Origin: Scyliorhinus canicula
Taxonomy: Eukaryota
DNA: 64,000 nt
Reading direction: 5' to 3'
Assembly: GCF_902713615.1 (NCBI RefSeq)
Contig: NC_052149.1
Location: 200,876,059 to 200,940,058 of the forward strand
The notes below the pieces were generated by a model. The model did not search any database. It was given only the letters and a program-made list of their open reading frames with translations, and was not told where the DNA came from. The position numbers and the translations under genes are program-made. Shown here piece after piece: positions 60,436-64,000 of the stretch. Position 1 is the first letter of the stretch, and each line of letters begins with the position of its first letter.

Positions 60436-62105
60436 TTAAAGGATCACAGACACGCTTCCCACATCCTCCCTCCTCTGTAGCATCACCACACTCATACTGA
60501 CCCTCAGCATCCCCCTCAGTTTCCTGCACTTCCTCATCTTTATCTTCTGAGGAGCTCTTATCTCCTCCAGCTCACTGTCTGGCAAGGGCTCATCTCTTTG
60601 CGCAACCACATTGTGCAGAACATGGCAAACTGTGATCATGTGGCAAACCATCTTCGGTGTGTATTCCAGAGAGACCCCTGAGAGGTCCAGGCATCTGAAT
60701 ACAATCTTCAGAAGTTTTGTGGTCTGCCCTATGAGGGAGCATGTGGAGGTGTGAGCATCATTGTACCTCACCTTGGCTCAGGTCTGAGGACGACGCACCA
60801 GAGCCACCAGCCAGTATTTAAGTGGATAGCCCATAGCCTCCAGTAGCCATCCCTGCATACATTCTGGCCCATTACAAATCCCAGGCACCTGGGAGTGACT
60901 CAGGATGTAGGAGTAATGGCAACTCCCAGGGTAACATACACACATGTACAGGATGTGCAAGTGATGGTCACACACTAGACGCATGTTGATGGAATGGTAC
61001 CCCATGTGATTTATAAACATTAGGGGCTGCTGCCAGGGAGCCCGTGAAATCACATGGGTGCAATCTATAGCACCCTGCATGAATCTCGCAGCCTCATCTG
61101 GTGAAAAGCAGACATAATGATCATCCTATGAAGGGCATAGGCCACCTCTTTTATGAGTAATGTATTTTGTTGTGGGCCAGGGCTTAGAAACTAACTCCAA
61201 AGTGTATTTTGGAGTTCACCTGACCGACAATCTTTCTGTTGAATTTGGCTAGGATAAGCACAAAAGCCTTTACTGCAAGTATGATTCATCAGACTTCCTA
61301 GACACTTGAATCAAAACAAGGTTTATTCTAATAATGTAGTTAACATATATATATAAAGATTGCAAGAATTTTTATCAATTACAAACATAAAGAAACCACA
61401 CAGCTCCAGTAATTATGTATATAAAACTTAATTAATTCCCCCTTAGCTGTTCCAATTCAATAACAAAATCCAATTAAACCAAAATCCCTTTTCAAGCGCG
61501 GGCCCAGCACACAATATTCTCACTTGAATGGGACTGGTCCTTTTCCTGAAATTTTGATCCACTTCCAACCAGCTGATTCAAACTCCTTCTGGAAAGCAAC
61601 TATAATCTTTAAAGTTACCAAGGCAGTTAGCCACAACCAATGTGCTTTTTACTGGAACAGCTTTTAAAATGAAAACAGAACAACAGAGAAACACTTCTTT
61701 CCTCCTTCCTCAGTCCAAAACAGTCAAACTGAAACTGAAACCTAAAAGGAAAATCCTCTCACCTGACAGGCACAGCCTAATGTGCTACAAGTCACATGAT
61801 AAGAGACTAAACCTTTCTTGAAGTGACACTCACATGACAGTTGCCAACTGAGAAATGTCATGCAGGAACCCATATTCATCCCTGGAAAGACCCAGAAGCA
61901 AAGATTTTGAGTGCTGCTGTTAGGGGGAAGGCCACTGACAGGGGGAAGCCTTCAACCTGACAGAGCATCATGTCTTCACGAAAAATGTAGTATATTTGAT
62001 GTACAAGGTCTCTGAATAACTGTAGCCATGCCCAGTAGCTCCTCTCACTCATCTGTAAGAAAAGACTCTTCAATGATAAATCCTCAGTACGGGGTGTCGC
62101 ATCTG
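60436..62105 (-). pseudogene. Harbinger (DDE_Tnp_4 / HARBI1-like) transposase remnant, split by a solo LTR
   Basis: LTAALKIFASGSFQ; QGAIDCTHV; FINHMGYHSIN..VCD; YPGSCH(Y)S; LL(EAM)GYPL; YNDAH..; FRCLD.SG..LEY; CHVLHN. Later catalytic acidic residues are mutated. Confidence 0.88.
61168..61839 (-). mobile_element. Solo LTR, same family as 51195-52077, inserted in the Harbinger transposase
   Basis: + strand TGTTGTGGGCCAGGG...CTCACATGACA; colinear with 51195-52077 minus the SINE. TSD not clean. Confidence 0.82.
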
Positions 62106-62949
62106 CTGTCTGGATCTCCCCTCCTCACTCTCCTTTCATGCTCTGGCTCCCCCTAGCCATGTTCCCCAGGCAGTGCCTCCTGCTGGAGCTGTGCATGCTG
62201 ACTCCTCTCCCTCCATCACTTCTTCCATTGAATGTGGACTCAGAGAAATGCAGCCTCAAAACCTTGATCCGTTTGCATGTTTGCCTTCTCTATGACAATA
62301 AACAAGGAAGACAACAATGGTTAAAGGGTGCAGAAAGGGAAGCTGGGGTTGAGAAACCTATGGGAGATGTGGGGCTGCACATGATGTGGGAGCCTTGATT
62401 GCATTGTGCCCAATGCAGCTGTATCCCTGTAGCACAGACATAGAGGTGAGCAATATTCCATTCCAGAGATGTGACGTCTGGAACCCTTTTGGGCGGGGGT
62501 GGAGGTGGGAGGATGTCGGGTGGGGGGAGCGGGAGCTGGTGGTGGATGGAATAATTAAACCAGAGCAGCTCGGCACTCCATTCTTTGAATCAGCATAATT
62601 ATGACCTTTCAGTTGTTCATGGGAAATGAGTTACATCCGTTTAGCCACTGATGGATGGCATTAATTTTTAACCTGTGACTCCACTGATGGGATTGCAGAA
62701 ATAATATAGCTCTGCCCCCTTCACTACTGTCTTCACTCTCCAAGGCTGCATTCCCACCTTCCACTGTCGATGTTGAAATTTTGAGGTGAGGCTCTTAAGT
62801 TCTGCTTATCTCTTTAACAGTGCAGAATGAAATTATTGGCTTGCTGTTGCTTCCTGGACAATGAGTCTCTGTCCTTTGTAATTGACCTGGATTCTGTCCA
62901 CTGCGGTGACACCAACAAGTGAATATGGGTCCCAAGAAGGAGCCTCATA

Positions 62950-64000
62950 GCTCAGTGCAGGATTTCAGACTATGAGGGCCACATAGCCCCTGGAATGCCT
63001 GTCATCTGTGACTCCTTTCCATTTTGCAGTAGGAATGTGTGCTGTGTGTGACTCCTGTCTGCAGGCCTTGAACTTAAACAGGAACCTTGACATAGTTCCC
63101 ATTTCCAAAGAGGACTCAGGACAACAGTGGCTCTCAAAAACCACAGCTACCCCGACTTCTGAGTGCTGGTGTGAGCCATCCCCAATGTGCCACCCCATAT
63201 TTTGGAGTCTTTGTACATCCCCTTCCAGTGGATGATGCAGTACCCCTTTGACTCTGTTTGTTAGCATTTTATGCGGACTGTCCCGGCCCAGCTTTCATCA
63301 CCTTCATCTTCCCTCTATCTTCCATTGTTCGCCTTCCTCATCAACCTCCTTGCCTCCCTGCCTGCCATCATGACCACTCACCCTCTCTCCTCGTCCTTGC
63401 ACAGCCCCCATTCCACATAGCCCCGCCCCCACCCTGCCTGGTCTCCGTCAGCACCAACCTGTAAAAGCATTCCCAACGAACAATTGCTTTGCTAAAATCC
63501 AAGCTCACCTCTTGTTGATGCTGTGATTCTGATTATGGATTCCTGCAACACTTGCTCTCACCTGGCCATACCACCTCATACACGCTCCCTCTCCCCAATC
63601 CCTCACGCGCACTGCCCCCACAATCTTCTCAAATGCTCCCACTCTCACCTCGCTCACCTCTGGGTTCTTCCATTGACTCTGTTCCCTAGCCTCTGGGTCC
63701 TCCGTCGGCTCCACTGCCTCATCTCTGGGGTCCTCCATCAGCAACGTCACCTCTGTCTGCTGCCTTTCCTGCGATTCATTGCCTTGTCTGCAGCTAGGCT
63801 AGGGTTCCCTCCCTCATCCACACTTGGTGCTCACCATGGTAGCCTCTCCCTCACCTCGGGGCAATACTCACCTGCTGCCTACCTCACCCACACCTGCCTG
63901 GTGCTTACCGCGGTTGACTACCACTCACCTCAATGCTTGGTGCTTCTGTCCCACTCAGTGCTTGGAGTGTTCGGTGTTCGGTGCTCGCTGCTTTTCCCCC
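62950..64000 (-). mobile_element. Possible very decayed LINE 5' portion (5' UTR, ORF1-like acidic stretch, EN-like start)
   Basis: Purine-rich - strand, Glu/Pro-rich ORF remnant at 63505-63750, weak EN-like fragments; family not assignable. Confidence 0.3.

Larger units (their letters stand above)
57900..62250. mobile_element. Decayed PIF/Harbinger DNA transposon (Myb/SANT gene on +, DDE transposase on -); boundaries approximate
   Basis: Both genes of the two-component Harbinger system are present as convergent pseudogenes. TIRs could not be delimited. Confidence 0.75.

Noticed and set aside
51195-61839. Two same-orientation LTRs ~9 kb apart as the ends of one provirus or LTR retrotransposon
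   Set aside because: No gag/pol, PBS or PPT between them; the copies are clearly diverged; the first has its own TSD and the second interrupts a Harbinger transposase. They are independent solo LTRs.
1-64000. CRISPR arrays, operons or other prokaryotic systems
   Set aside because: The window is vertebrate DNA with spliceosomal introns and has no repeat-spacer array.

Overview
Vertebrate genomic DNA, almost certainly a cartilaginous fish (shark), judged from HE1/V-SINE-type SINEs, HER1/CR1 LINEs and Deu-domain SINEs. Two intron-containing genes converge. CDKN2AIPNL (XRN2-binding XTBD protein, + strand) has exons at 5617-5831 and 6379-6481 plus an uncertain tiny last exon. A complete 6-exon RAD6-family E2 gene lies on the - strand (44669->22094, 152 aa); it is UBE2B by synteny although the sequence is closer to human UBE2A. 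A CpG island at ~44.5-46.5 kb carries a GC-box minisatellite, phased CCAAT boxes and RFX X-boxes, suggesting a divergent promoter (CDKL3 in human synteny; no coding exon of it is in the window). The rest is mostly transposon-derived: a young L1 with TSDs and a single frameshift, a young CR1 with an open ORF2 and a SINE inside its 3' UTR, many decayed CR1s, Rex1/Babar and Penelope remnants, solo LTRs, a decayed PIF/Harbinger element, and about 20 SINEs. The most notable pattern is one tRNA-derived SINE head/body joined to four different 3' tails that match three LINE clades present in the same window (CR1, Rex1/Babar, L1). Also seen: a 2.4-kb inversion bounded by an 8-bp inverted microhomology, a four-layer nested insertion whose order can be read from TSDs, and a diverged ~560-bp duplication in the CDKN2AIPNL 3' region. 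No wholly new gene system can be supported from sequence alone. Exon coordinates were read base by base; boundaries of old repeats are approximate, and family names come from recalled consensus sequences rather than database searches.
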